A stretch of 58,796 bases of DNA. Source: Actinomycetota bacterium. GTDB taxonomy: Bacteria > Actinomycetota > UBA4738 > HRBIN12. Below, piece after piece: positions 20,229 to 29,038 of this stretch. The stretch is from positions 1-58,796 of the forward strand of contig JBQTIP010000209.1 in assembly GCA_052388025.1 (NCBI GenBank), in the 5' to 3' direction. Position 1 is the first letter of the stretch; each line of letters opens with the position of its first letter. The position numbers and the translations under genes are program-made. The notes below the pieces were generated by a model that saw only the letters and a program-made list of their open reading frames with translations, had not been told where the DNA came from and did no database searches.

Positions 20229-20977
20229 AAGTTGACCGTTGCTGTCGGTAAATCCGGCTAAGTGCTGGGAACACCGTGGATCCCGGGCTACTCGCCTTGT
20301 CAGAGGCAGCTGCTAGCGTGCTGACATGCGCAGTGACAACGCCTCGGGTGCGGTCAATCAGCAGGAAAGGTTGGATGCCTACATAGCGGGATACGTTGAC
20401 GGAGAGGAATCGTTCCACGTCGCCGTCCAGCGGAACCCATCGACGAGAGCCGGATGGCAACTCGTTCCGGAGTTCCACGTCAGCCAGAACGCCGAACGAC
20501 GTCAGGTCCTGGACCTGATCAAGGGACGGCTCGGCTGCGGACGGATCCAGGAGAACCATTGTGGTTCGGCGGACACATCACTGGTGTTCGTTGTTCGGAA
20601 CCGCGAGGACCTCCTGACGAGGGTGATCCCCTTCCTCGAGACGCAGCCTCTTCTGAGCAGCAAGCAGCAGGACTTCCTCGTCTTCGCCGGCATCGTCCGG
20701 GCGATGGGACGAGGGGAGCACCTGAGCTCGGAGGGGTTCCGGTCACTCAGGCGGCGAGCGCTCTCCATGAATGGAGGTGGTCGCTACCGCAGAGTGCATC
20801 GGGTGTAGGTATCCAGAATCCTCAGAGACCATACGCCGGACGCCGCTCCCTCCCCTCGTGCCCGAGGGGGACGGATCACCGCGGCGAAGAGATGGTCCGA
20901 CCTGCATGGCGACATGCAGAGCCGGGCAGAAATGACCCGGCCCCTGCCGAGACAGTCCCGGCGGGGTAACAGAAGTG
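20229..20977 (+). mobile_element. group I-like intron 2 in 23S rRNA (after the E. coli U2604 equivalent), carrying a LAGLIDADG ORF
   Basis: rRNA ...GAACGTCGTGAGACAGT stops at 20228 and resumes with TCGGTCCCTATCCGTCGTGGGCG at 20978. P1: exon GACAGT 20223-28 pairs with GCTGTC 20241-46 (U-G at the splice site). P10: GACCG 20234-38 pairs with 3' exon CGGTC. P3 is 20253-58 with 20835-40. P7 is 20827-32 with 20892-97. P9 with GCGA loop at 20902-19. Terminal G at 20977. Confidence 0.9.
20326..20808 (+). CDS. LAGLIDADG homing endonuclease (single motif), intron-encoded
   Basis: 160 aa. Motif YIAGYVDGEESF. N-terminal DNASGAVNQQER. Alignable along its length with the intron-1 ORF. Confidence 0.8.
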   Translation: MRSDNASGAVNQQERLDAYIAGYVDGEESFHVAVQRNPSTRAGWQLVPEFHVSQNAERRQVLDLIKGRLGCGRIQENHCGSADTSLVFVVRNREDLLTRVIPFLETQPLLSSKQQDFLVFAGIVRAMGRGEHLSSEGFRSLRRRALSMNGGGRYRRVHRV

Positions 20978-21356
20978 TCGGTCCCTATCCGTCGTGGGCG
21001 TAGGAGACTTGAGGGGAGCTGCCCCTAGTACGAGAGGACCGGGGCGGACGTACCTCTGGTGTGCCAGTTGTCGCGCCAGCGGCACGGCTGGTTAGCCACG
21101 TACGGCAGAGATAAGCGCTGAAAGCATCTAAGTGCGAAGCTCGCCTCGAGATGAGGTCTCCCACGGGGTTGACCCGGTAAGGCCCCTCGCAGACTACGAG
21201 GTTGATAGGCCGGAGGTGTAAGCACGGCAACGTGTTGAGCCGACCGGTACTAATAGGCCGAGGACTTGGCTTTTGCTCGCGCTCGCTATCGCGTTCCGAG
21301 GTTCCCTCGGAGCTCGCGCCCTCTTCGGGCCAGCTTGTACAAGGCCCGAGCCAACG

Positions 21357-21474
21357 TTTCGGTGGCCATGGCGGAGGGGAAACACCCGGTCCCATCCCGA
21401 ACCCGGAAGTTAAGCCCTCCAGCGCCGATGGTACTGCCCCGGCGACGGGGTGGGAGAGTAGGTCGCCGCCGGGA
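21357..21474 (+). rRNA. rrf: 5S ribosomal RNA
   Basis: Helix I pairs 21357-21366 with 21465-21474. Conserved CCCGAACCCGGAAGTTAAGC and GGGAGAGTAGG segments. Confidence 0.93.
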
Positions 21475-21481
21475 CATCCTC

Positions 21482-21509
21482 AAGAGAGCCGCCTTCGGGC
21501 GGCTCTCTT
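21482..21509 (+). terminator. rrn operon terminator hairpin
   Basis: 12-bp stem AAGAGAGCCGCC with GGCGGCTCTCTT and a TTCG tetraloop, followed by a pyrimidine-rich tail. Confidence 0.6.
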
Positions 21510-21572
21510 CGTCTCCGGGGCAGGCCGAGGGGACCCCTAGAGAAGAAGACGCGGCCGGGTACCCTAGGTCAC

Positions 21573-22262
21573 GTGCCCAAAGCGCTTCGTCCTCGTCCCG
21601 GCGGCACCGGCCGGGGATCCGCCGCACGAAAGCCCGTCCTGCCGCGCGAGGTAGTCCGTGAGCTTCGACGAGTGGCCAGGGCCGGCCAAGCGGACGATGC
21701 GATCGCTCGCTTGGAACGCGCAGTCGGGCGACTGGAGCGAGGCGACGCCCCAGGAGCCGTGAGCGAAGGGGTCAGGGCGAAGTCCCTCGCCCCCCGCTCG
21801 CCCGCCGTCCGGGAGGTCCTCGGGCTCGCGTTTTACGAGCAGGGACGGTACCGCGATGCGCTCTCCGAGATGCAGGCCTATCGCCGAATGTCCGGCCGCG
21901 CGGACCAGAACCACATCGTCGCCGACTGCGAGCGGGCCTTGGGGCGCCCTGAGCGTTCGGTCGCACTCGCAGACGAGGCGCTGTCGGCGGAGATCCCGAT
22001 AGAGGCCAAAGCGGAGGCGGTCATCGTCGCAGCCTCGGCGCTGGCGGACATGGGCCGCTTCGACCAAGCGCTCGGGATGCTCCGCCGCGTGAGGACCCGC
22101 GATGACGTGGCGAGGCAGGAGGTTCTGCGCGTGTGGTACGTGATCGCCGACATCCTCGAGCGAGCCGGCCGCCGCGGTGAGGCGGCTCGGGAGTTCCGCA
22201 AGATCCTCCGGCACGATGCCGGAGCCTTCGACGTTGCCGAACGCCTCGCTCAGCTCGGCTGA
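21573..22262 (+). CDS. TPR-like repeat protein, function unknown
   Basis: 229 aa, helical-repeat composition (LGLAFYEQGRYRDALSEMQAY, ALADMGRFDQALGML, ERAGRRGEAAREFRKIL). Start uncertain. Confidence 0.65.
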   Translation: MPKALRPRPGGTGRGSAARKPVLPREVVRELRRVARAGQADDAIARLERAVGRLERGDAPGAVSEGVRAKSLAPRSPAVREVLGLAFYEQGRYRDALSEMQAYRRMSGRADQNHIVADCERALGRPERSVALADEALSAEIPIEAKAEAVIVAASALADMGRFDQALGMLRRVRTRDDVARQEVLRVWYVIADILERAGRRGEAAREFRKILRHDAGAFDVAERLAQLG

Positions 22263-23215
22263 GGGGTCGCGACCTCTTCGGCCTCGCGCTCGGCCCGCTT
22301 CTTCCAGTAACGGATCAGGCCCATGGCGTTCGTGCGGACGCTTGAGAGGGTCTCGAATCGCTCCAGTTCGAGGGGCGCGTGCCCCTCGGTCGCAAGCTCC
22401 TGGTTGGTCTCGCGACTCAGGATCTCGACGATCTCGTCCAGGTCGTCAGTCGTTCGGAGCGCGCCCCGCACGATCTCACCCCACCCGCGGATGCGAAGCT
22501 CCGCAAGGTCGCAGATGCGGTCGATGTCCTCGACCGGCCCGAAATGCGCCAGCAGCAGGATGGAGCGGGCCCGCGCTCGTACGCGCTCGATGCTGTCGAT
22601 CGCGAGCTCGATATCGAAGTCGGGTGGAGGGGTCGCGGGCCGCAGCACCGGCAGATCGGGGAGGTGGATGCCCATCGCGTCGCCAGTGAAAACCGCCCCC
22701 GTCTCCGAGTCGGCGAGGCAGATGTGGTGGGAAGCATGCCCCGGCGTGTAAAGGACGTCGAGGCTTCTCGTTCCGAGCGCGATCCGGTCCCCCTCCGCAA
22801 CACTCCTCAGTCGATCGGCCGGCACGGGGTCGACCGGGCCGAACAGCTCGCGCATCTGACCCTCTCCGTAGACGCGAACGGCGCTCGCCACGAGCTTCGT
22901 CGGGTCGACGAGGTGAGGCGCGCCGCGCTCGTGCACCCAGATCGTGGCTCGCGGGAACCGGGCGGAGAGGCGACCCACGCCTCCGGCGTGGTCGAGGTGG
23001 ATGTGTGTGAGGACGATATTGGCGAGCTGGTCGGGCTCGACACCCACGGAAGCGAGAGACTCGGTGACCGGCCCGACTGACGTGGAGGGCCCGGTCTCGA
23101 TCAGCGTCGGCTCGGCGGCGGCCAGGAGGTAGGCCGCCGTGTATCGCTCGCGTCCGGACATGTAGGTGTCGATCGCGGTGATGCCGGGAGCCACCTCGAA
23201 GGTCGCCGTCTCCAC
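22250..23215 (-). CDS. MBL-fold metallo-hydrolase
   Basis: 321 aa. THIHLDHAGG (HxHxDH) motif. Confidence 0.85.
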   Translation of the reverse strand: METATFEVAPGITAIDTYMSGRERYTAAYLLAAAEPTLIETGPSTSVGPVTESLASVGVEPDQLANIVLTHIHLDHAGGVGRLSARFPRATIWVHERGAPHLVDPTKLVASAVRVYGEGQMRELFGPVDPVPADRLRSVAEGDRIALGTRSLDVLYTPGHASHHICLADSETGAVFTGDAMGIHLPDLPVLRPATPPPDFDIELAIDSIERVRARARSILLLAHFGPVEDIDRICDLAELRIRGWGEIVRGALRTTDDLDEIVEILSRETNQELATEGHAPLELERFETLSSVRTNAMGLIRYWKKRAEREAEEVATPQPS

Positions 23216-23298
23216 GGATGGGAGTCTACCGGCAGGTCGGTCGGCTCCTGGATGTCACTGGTGGGTGCTACGGTCGCGATCCGAAAGGGGGGAGCGAC

Positions 23299-23616
23299 GT
23301 GGTTACGGTGAACGTCGTGGTGTTGGCGGGAACCGTGGCGGCCGAGCCGGTGGAGCGCCGGCTGCCATCCGGCGACGAGGTCACCGAGCTTCGGCTCTCC
23401 GTTCCAGAGGCCGGAAAGCGACTCCTCCCCCTCCCGGTCGCGGTCTGGCACAAGGCGGTCGGCAAGCGATCCCTGAAGGGGATCGGTAAGGGCGACGACG
23501 TCTTGGTCTACGGACAGCTGGCCAGGCGCTTCTACAGGGACGGGGCCGGGGCGCGGAGTCTCACGGAGGTGGTGGCCACCGGGATCAAGAAGCTGGAACA
23601 GCGCGACGACGAGTAA
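23299..23616 (+). CDS. small OB-fold, SSB-like protein
   Basis: GTG 23299 lies 5 nt after GGGGGGAG. VNVVVLAGTVAAEPVERRLPSGDEVTELRLSV is typical of an SSB N-terminal OB fold. Only 105 aa, with no Gly/Pro-rich linker or DDDIPF-type tail. Confidence 0.6.
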   Translation: MVTVNVVVLAGTVAAEPVERRLPSGDEVTELRLSVPEAGKRLLPLPVAVWHKAVGKRSLKGIGKGDDVLVYGQLARRFYRDGAGARSLTEVVATGIKKLEQRDDE

Positions 23617-23619
23617 GCG

Positions 23620-24684
23620 TCACTCGAGCGGCCTGATCACCATGCCGGTGCGGGGCTTCGGCCAGAAATAGGTCGACTTCCGCGGGAGCAGTCGTCCTCG
23701 TTCGATCTCGGCCCGGATCCGCTCGGCGGTCGTTGCGGGTAGGAGGAATGCGGCTACGGCGTTGCCGGTTCGCACTGCATCCTCCGCAGCCAGGGCATCG
23801 GGCGTGAATCTCAAGGCATCCTCGACGTCGAGATCGTCGAGCACATGCCGGTGCAGCGCGCTGACGGCAGGAGGCTCATCGTGCAATCCGGCTACCCGAT
23901 GGACGAGATCCCCCTTCTCGCGAGCCATCATGCCGTAGACGAGCTTCTCGTCGGAGATGGAGGCGAGGGTTTCCTGGAGGCCGGGAACCCGAGTGCCCGC
24001 TCGGGGAGGCGCCCCCGAGGCGAGCACCCGGTGGACCGGAAGCACCGGAGGGTCCTCCGTCGCCGCGTCGATCACCAGCATCATCATCTGGTCCCAGGGA
24101 CCGGGCCCGTGGCGCGCTCGCATCTCTTCCCTGAACCGCAGCGCGACCGCGAAACGGTGGTGACCGTCGGCGGAAGGTCCGTGATCTCGTCGAGCAGCCT
24201 GGAGAGCGACCGATGCCTCCGAGGGAACACTGCGTACACCGCCGAGAGGTTCGCGCGGACCGCCTGCAGGAGCTGAAGTCGATCTTCGATTGGGCCCGCC
24301 ATGGTTCGCTCATGCGGGACGATCGAGCCGCCCCACGGCTCCAGCTCGACCTGGCAGATTAGGCCGCGGACCCGCCTGGGCACTCCCCGGAGCGCGAACC
24401 GCATCTCGTAGGGGAAATAGCTGGGGCGCGGGGTGAGCGACAGCACACCGTCCTCGCGCCAGCGGCGAAGTTCGGAGGCGGCGCGCCTATACTTTGCGGC
24501 GACATCGTCGTCGGCGGGATTTTGCTCTCCCAGGCCGAGGCGAACGATGTTGTGCGGGCTGGCCCGGCGGAAACGGTACTGGTCCCTGCGGAGATGGTGT
24601 CGTAGGGAGGTGTCGTCACCCGTCCAGCGGTCCCACGCGCGCCTGGTCGAAGAGCAGGCCGGAGAATGGTGAGATCTGGGGCAC
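23620..24684 (-). pseudogene. DUF1015-family gene disrupted by at least three frameshifts
   Basis: Family motifs are spread over three minus-strand reading frames, with three frame switches (the last returns to the first frame). 24684-24616 reads MPQISPFSGLLFDQARVGPLDG then stop. From 24619, VTTPPYDTIS. To 24084, SPHNIVRLGLG...VPHERTMAGPIEDRLQLLQAVRANLSAVYAVFP then stop. 24171-23620 reads ADGHHRFAVAL...RKSTYFWPKPRTGMVIRPLE. Confidence 0.65.
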
Positions 24685-24687
24685 GTC

Positions 24688-25065
24688 GTGTTGTATAGCA
24701 AACCGACCGCGGAAGGAACCGCCTACGAGCTGTTCTCCCGCGGAGTACGGTTCCTCGACGATGGCCACCCGCACCAAGCGGTCATGTACCTTTCGCAGGC
24801 CAAGCTCCTCGAGCCGGAGAAGGCCTCGATCCGAGAGGCGCTCGGACGCGCCCTGTACATGAGCGGTCGGATGGTGCGGGCGCGCAGGGAGTTCGCCAAG
24901 GCCGTCTCGATCGATCCGGCCAACGACTACGCCCACTTCGCGCTTGCGCTCACATGCGAGCGCACGGGACAGCGGGCCCGGGCCATAGGGCACATCAAGC
25001 TCGCCCTCGCAATGAGGCCGGGCGTGGGCGACTACGAGCAAGCCCTGCAGCGCCTGGCAGGCTGA
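24688..25065 (+). CDS. small TPR repeat protein
   Basis: 125 aa with TPR-like repeats (AVMYLSQAKLLEP, GRMVRARREFAKAVSIDPAN, GQRARAIGHIKLALAMRP). Confidence 0.7.
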   Translation: MLYSKPTAEGTAYELFSRGVRFLDDGHPHQAVMYLSQAKLLEPEKASIREALGRALYMSGRMVRARREFAKAVSIDPANDYAHFALALTCERTGQRARAIGHIKLALAMRPGVGDYEQALQRLAG

Positions 25066-25869
25066 ATGGTGCTGCCCGATCCTTACGATCCTTACCAGTG
25101 CTTCCTGTTTGATCTCGACGGCGTCCTTTATCGGGGGGACGACGCGGTCCCAGGGGCGCCCGATGCGATACAGGAACTCCGCGCGGCCGGCAGGCGCATC
25201 GTGTTCCTCACGAACAACTCCACCCGGTCGCCAGAAGAGGTCGCGGGCAAGCTCACCGCTGTCGGCATCGTCGCGGACCCCTCCGAGGTCGTCACCTCAG
25301 CCGAGGCGACGGCCGCCCTGCTCGCGGTCCGCGGCGGGGGCTCGGCCTTCGTCGTTGGAGAGAGCGGGATCCGGCTCGCCCTTACCGACGCCGGCGTGGA
25401 GGTCCTCGACGGCGAGCCGGATCGCTCTGATTACGTCGTGGTCGGGTGGGACCGTGGCGCCGACTACATGAAGCTGAAGACCGCCTGCCTGTTGGTGCAG
25501 CGAGGCGCCCGCCTCGTGGCCACCAACGCCGACGCCGCCTTTCCGGCGCCGGACGGGCTGTGGCCTGGGGCGGGGGCTCTCCTGGCGGTCATCACCCGCA
25601 CAACCGGCGCGGGTGCCGAGGTAGTCGGCAAGCCCCACGCGCCGCTCTTCCGGGCGGGCTTGGAACGAGGAGGTGGAGGGCGACCCCTGGTCGTCGGCGA
25701 CCGCCTGGAGACCGACATCGCCGGAGCCGTCGCGCTTGGGTGGGACTCGCTCCTGGTCTTGACCGGCGTGACTCAAGAGAGCGACCTCGCTGCCTCGGAG
25801 ATCACGCCCACCTTCGTTGCCCGCGACCTCTCGGCGCTCCTTGCCTCTCCCCACTCGGGAGTGAGCTAA
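25066..25869 (+). CDS. HAD-IIA family hydrolase (NagD-like)
   Basis: FLFDLDGVLYRG, VFLTNNSTRS, GKP and GDRLETDI motifs. Confidence 0.88.
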   Translation: MVLPDPYDPYQCFLFDLDGVLYRGDDAVPGAPDAIQELRAAGRRIVFLTNNSTRSPEEVAGKLTAVGIVADPSEVVTSAEATAALLAVRGGGSAFVVGESGIRLALTDAGVEVLDGEPDRSDYVVVGWDRGADYMKLKTACLLVQRGARLVATNADAAFPAPDGLWPGAGALLAVITRTTGAGAEVVGKPHAPLFRAGLERGGGGRPLVVGDRLETDIAGAVALGWDSLLVLTGVTQESDLAASEITPTFVARDLSALLASPHSGVS

Positions 25870-26684
25870 AAGTCGGGGCGAGGCGGGAGATACACCTCCG
25901 CGCTTCCCGACGTACCCCGGCGGAAGAAGAGAAAGGCCGCGGCTACCCCGAACACGAAGCCGCCGACGTGCGCCCAATAGGCGACGCCGGAATTCAACTC
26001 GGCTCCGATGCCTCCCACCCCGTTGAAGAGCTGCAGAACGAACCAGGCGCCGAGCACGACCACGGCCGGAAGCTCGATTGCCGTGATGAAGAAGAAGATG
26101 ACCAATGTGTACACGCGCGCTCGGGGGTAGAGCACCAGGTAGGCGCCGAGGACCGCGGCGATGGCTCCCGACGCGCCCACGCTCGGGATCACCGAATCGG
26201 GGCCGAACGCGACCTGCAGGAGTGTGGCGGCGATGCCGCCGAGCGCGTAGAAGACCGGGAACACGATCCATCCCAAACGGTCTTCGATGTTGTTCCCGAA
26301 GATCCACAGGAAGAGCATGTTGCCCCCGATGTGAAGCCATCCTCCATGAAGGAACATCGCGACGAACACCGAGGCAAGCCAACTCTTGCCGGGGCACTCC
26401 TCCTGGAGCTCACGCTGAAGTGCTTCACCCACTCCGGGGCCGAACTCGTCCCCGAGATCGCTCTCGATCGCCCGGCGCGCCTCGACGCCGCCGTCCGCAA
26501 GGCTGGTCTGGTGCGTGGTCTCGTATGGGATTTGCGCTTGGCAGTAGAAGAAGAAGAAGGTCCGCGGCTCCGAGTGGCTGAAGGTCGGTTGCCAAAGCAA
26601 GAAGATCGCGATGTTTGCCGCGATAAGCGCCAGCGTGATCCATGGCGTTCGCCGGGTCGGGTTGACATCGCGGATGGGGATCAT
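25866..26684 (-). CDS. rhomboid-family intramembrane serine protease
   Basis: 272 aa, polytopic. WLHIGGNMLFLW (HxxxN) and GASGAIAAVLGAY (GxSG) motifs. Confidence 0.88.
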   Translation of the reverse strand: MIPIRDVNPTRRTPWITLALIAANIAIFLLWQPTFSHSEPRTFFFFYCQAQIPYETTHQTSLADGGVEARRAIESDLGDEFGPGVGEALQRELQEECPGKSWLASVFVAMFLHGGWLHIGGNMLFLWIFGNNIEDRLGWIVFPVFYALGGIAATLLQVAFGPDSVIPSVGASGAIAAVLGAYLVLYPRARVYTLVIFFFITAIELPAVVVLGAWFVLQLFNGVGGIGAELNSGVAYWAHVGGFVFGVAAAFLFFRRGTSGSAEVYLPPRPDF

Positions 26685-26809
26685 CGGGCCGAAGCCTCTC
26701 TGGTGTCGCCCGGGAGCGGCGCGATCGTAACAGGAGGCCCGGCCCGGTTGGAGAAGTTTGGCCGCGGGTATCCTTGAGGTGGAACCCCAGACCCAATGGA
26801 GGAAGAGCG

Positions 26810-27157
26810 ATGCTCGAAGATATGCGCAAGTACATCGAGGCCACCCTCGAGAAGCTCACGCCGGGGAAGGCTCAGGAGATGGCCCGCTCGCTGATGAAAG
26901 GGCAGGGCAAAGAGCAGATCGCGAAGTCGGCTCAAGATCTGCTGGACTGGTCGCAGAAGAATCGCGAGCGGATGACGAAGCTCATCCAGCGCGAGGTGAA
27001 GAACCAGCTGAAGACGCTCGGCGTGGCGAACCGTGAGGATGTAGACGCGCTCCGTAGGCGGGTCCGCGACCTGGAGCGCGCCGGCCGTGGCACGCAGAAG
27101 AAGTCGGCGGCGAAGAAGTCGGGGGCCAAGGGTGGCGCGGGGAGGGCCTCGGCCTGA
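26810..27157 (+). CDS. coiled-coil, phasin-like protein (COG3937-like), Lys/Ala-rich tail
   Basis: ATG 26810 after GGAGGAAGAG. MLEDMRKYIEATLEKLTPGKAQEMARSL... Lies upstream of tlyA, as in many actinobacteria. Confidence 0.65.
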   Translation: MLEDMRKYIEATLEKLTPGKAQEMARSLMKGQGKEQIAKSAQDLLDWSQKNRERMTKLIQREVKNQLKTLGVANREDVDALRRRVRDLERAGRGTQKKSAAKKSGAKGGAGRASA

Positions 27158-27168
27158 GCCGAGCCCCC

Positions 27169-27969
27169 GTGGTCCGTCGCCGGTTGGATTCGGAGCTGGT
27201 CCGTCGCGGGCTCACTCGAACGCGGATGGAGGCGCGGCAAGCCGTCCTCGCCGGCCTGGTCACGGTCGGAGGAAGAGCGGGGTCCAAGCCGTCGACCCTT
27301 GTCTCGGCCGACGACCCTGTGCGCCTCGTCGCACCGGCTCGTCGCTTCGTGTCACGCGGCGGCGAGAAGCTGTCGATCGCGCTTCGCCGGTTCGGGGTCG
27401 ATCCTTCGGGCCGGGACTGCCTGGACGCCGGGGCATCGACCGGGGGGTTCACCGACTGCCTCCTACAGAAGGGAGCGGCCCGGGTCGTCTCGGTCGACGT
27501 TGGATACGGGCAGCTCGCGTGGAGCCTCCGAACCGACCCTCGCGTGACCCTTCTCGAGCGAACCAACGTCCGTGACCTCGATCCTTTCGACCTGCCGTTC
27601 GCGCCGTCCCTGGTCGTCGCGGACCTGTCGTTCATCTCGCTGCGCCTGGTCGTCGCCGCGCTCTCGAACGTCGCCGCCCTCGGCGCCGATCACGTGCTGC
27701 TGGTCAAGCCGCAGTTCGAGGCCGGCCGCCGGGATGTGGGAAGCGGGGGAGTGGTTCGCGACCCGGAGATCTGGCGGCGAGCCATCGACGACGTGGCCGG
27801 CGCGTGCCGGCGGCACGGGCTGGCGCCCCGGGCCCTGATGGCATCCCCCGTGGTCGGGCCGGCGGGCAACGTGGAGTTCCCGCTGTATCTCGTGCGGGGC
27901 GGCGAGGAAGCACGGCTTGCGATCGAGGACGCGATCGAGGAGGGGCGGGCGCTCGGGGGGACCTGGTGA
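27169..27969 (+). CDS. tlyA: TlyA-family rRNA (cytidine-2'-O)-methyltransferase
   Basis: N-terminal S4-like RRRLDSELVRRGL, FVSRGGEKL, CLDAGASTGGFTDCLL SAM motif. Confidence 0.9.
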   Translation: MVRRRLDSELVRRGLTRTRMEARQAVLAGLVTVGGRAGSKPSTLVSADDPVRLVAPARRFVSRGGEKLSIALRRFGVDPSGRDCLDAGASTGGFTDCLLQKGAARVVSVDVGYGQLAWSLRTDPRVTLLERTNVRDLDPFDLPFAPSLVVADLSFISLRLVVAALSNVAALGADHVLLVKPQFEAGRRDVGSGGVVRDPEIWRRAIDDVAGACRRHGLAPRALMASPVVGPAGNVEFPLYLVRGGEEARLAIEDAIEEGRALGGTW

Positions 27970-28838
27970 GGAGGGTGGGGTTCGTCGTCCACTCGGGCCG
28001 GGCCACCGCAGTCGACGCCGCCTCCGCGCTGATGGCGTGGCTGAGGCAAGACGGCGTGACCACCCGCGCGCTGCCGGGCGAGCTGGCCGGCACGGACGAA
28101 GAGGTCGGTGCCCAGGCATTCGCCACGGGCCTCGATCTCGTGGTCTCGGTGGGCGGCGACGGTACGTTCCTCCGGGCCGCGTACTTGGCGTCACGGAACG
28201 GATGCCCCTTGCTCGGCGTGAAGGCCGGACGCCTGGGGTTCCTGACCGAGGTGGAACCCGAGGAGGCCCGCGCGGTCCTCCGGCGAGTCCTGGAAGGCAC
28301 CGCCCTGATCGAGGAGCGCCTGGCCGTGACCGCCGAGCCGGACGGAGCGGCGTCGTTCGAGCCTCAGTGGGCGCTGAACGAGGTCATGGTCGAGAAGCTC
28401 GCCCGCCACCGTCTCATCCGGCTGGCGCTCTTCGTCGGCGGTAGCTACGTCACGACCTTCTCCGCCGATGGCGTCATCGTTGCGACGCCCACCGGCTCGA
28501 CCGCGTACTCCTTCTCTGCGAGAGGACCGATCGTAACGCCGACCGTCCCTTGCCTGGTGGTCACGCCGGTCGCTCCTCACATGGTCTTCGACCGGTCGCT
28601 CGTGCTGGCGGCCTCCGAGCAGGTAAAGCTGGAGGTGGTCGGCGAGGAGCCGGGGCTGCTCTCGGCCGACGGCCGCGAGAGCCTCGAGCTTCCCGTGGGG
28701 GCCAGTGTGCGGATCGGCGCGGCCGACCGACCGGCCCGGCTGGTGCGTCGGGACGACGCCGCCGGATTTCTGACGCTCGTGCGGGAGAAGTTCGACCTGC
28801 CCGAGGACCCCGGCGTGGTTGGGGCATCCGAGCGCTAG
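27966..28838 (+). CDS. nadK: NAD+ kinase
   Basis: GTG 27966 overlaps the tlyA stop (GTGA). GGDGTFLRAA and TPTGSTAYSFSA motifs. Confidence 0.9.
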   Translation: MRRVGFVVHSGRATAVDAASALMAWLRQDGVTTRALPGELAGTDEEVGAQAFATGLDLVVSVGGDGTFLRAAYLASRNGCPLLGVKAGRLGFLTEVEPEEARAVLRRVLEGTALIEERLAVTAEPDGAASFEPQWALNEVMVEKLARHRLIRLALFVGGSYVTTFSADGVIVATPTGSTAYSFSARGPIVTPTVPCLVVTPVAPHMVFDRSLVLAASEQVKLEVVGEEPGLLSADGRESLELPVGASVRIGAADRPARLVRRDDAAGFLTLVREKFDLPEDPGVVGASER

Positions 28839-29038
28839 CGTCGGCAGGGCGGCTACGGCTCATCGAACCCGGCGCGGCGGTCCCGTCTCCGTTACCCTTT
28901 CATGATCCGGCAGCCGAGGGAGTTCCCGTACCGATCGGGGGTCGTGCGACCGGGCAGCGGGAGGCGATCGGCACGTCCACATCGAGATCCAGGAGCCTGC
29001 TCGGGCGGCCGCTAAGGCGGATCAAGCCCCAGGCCGGC

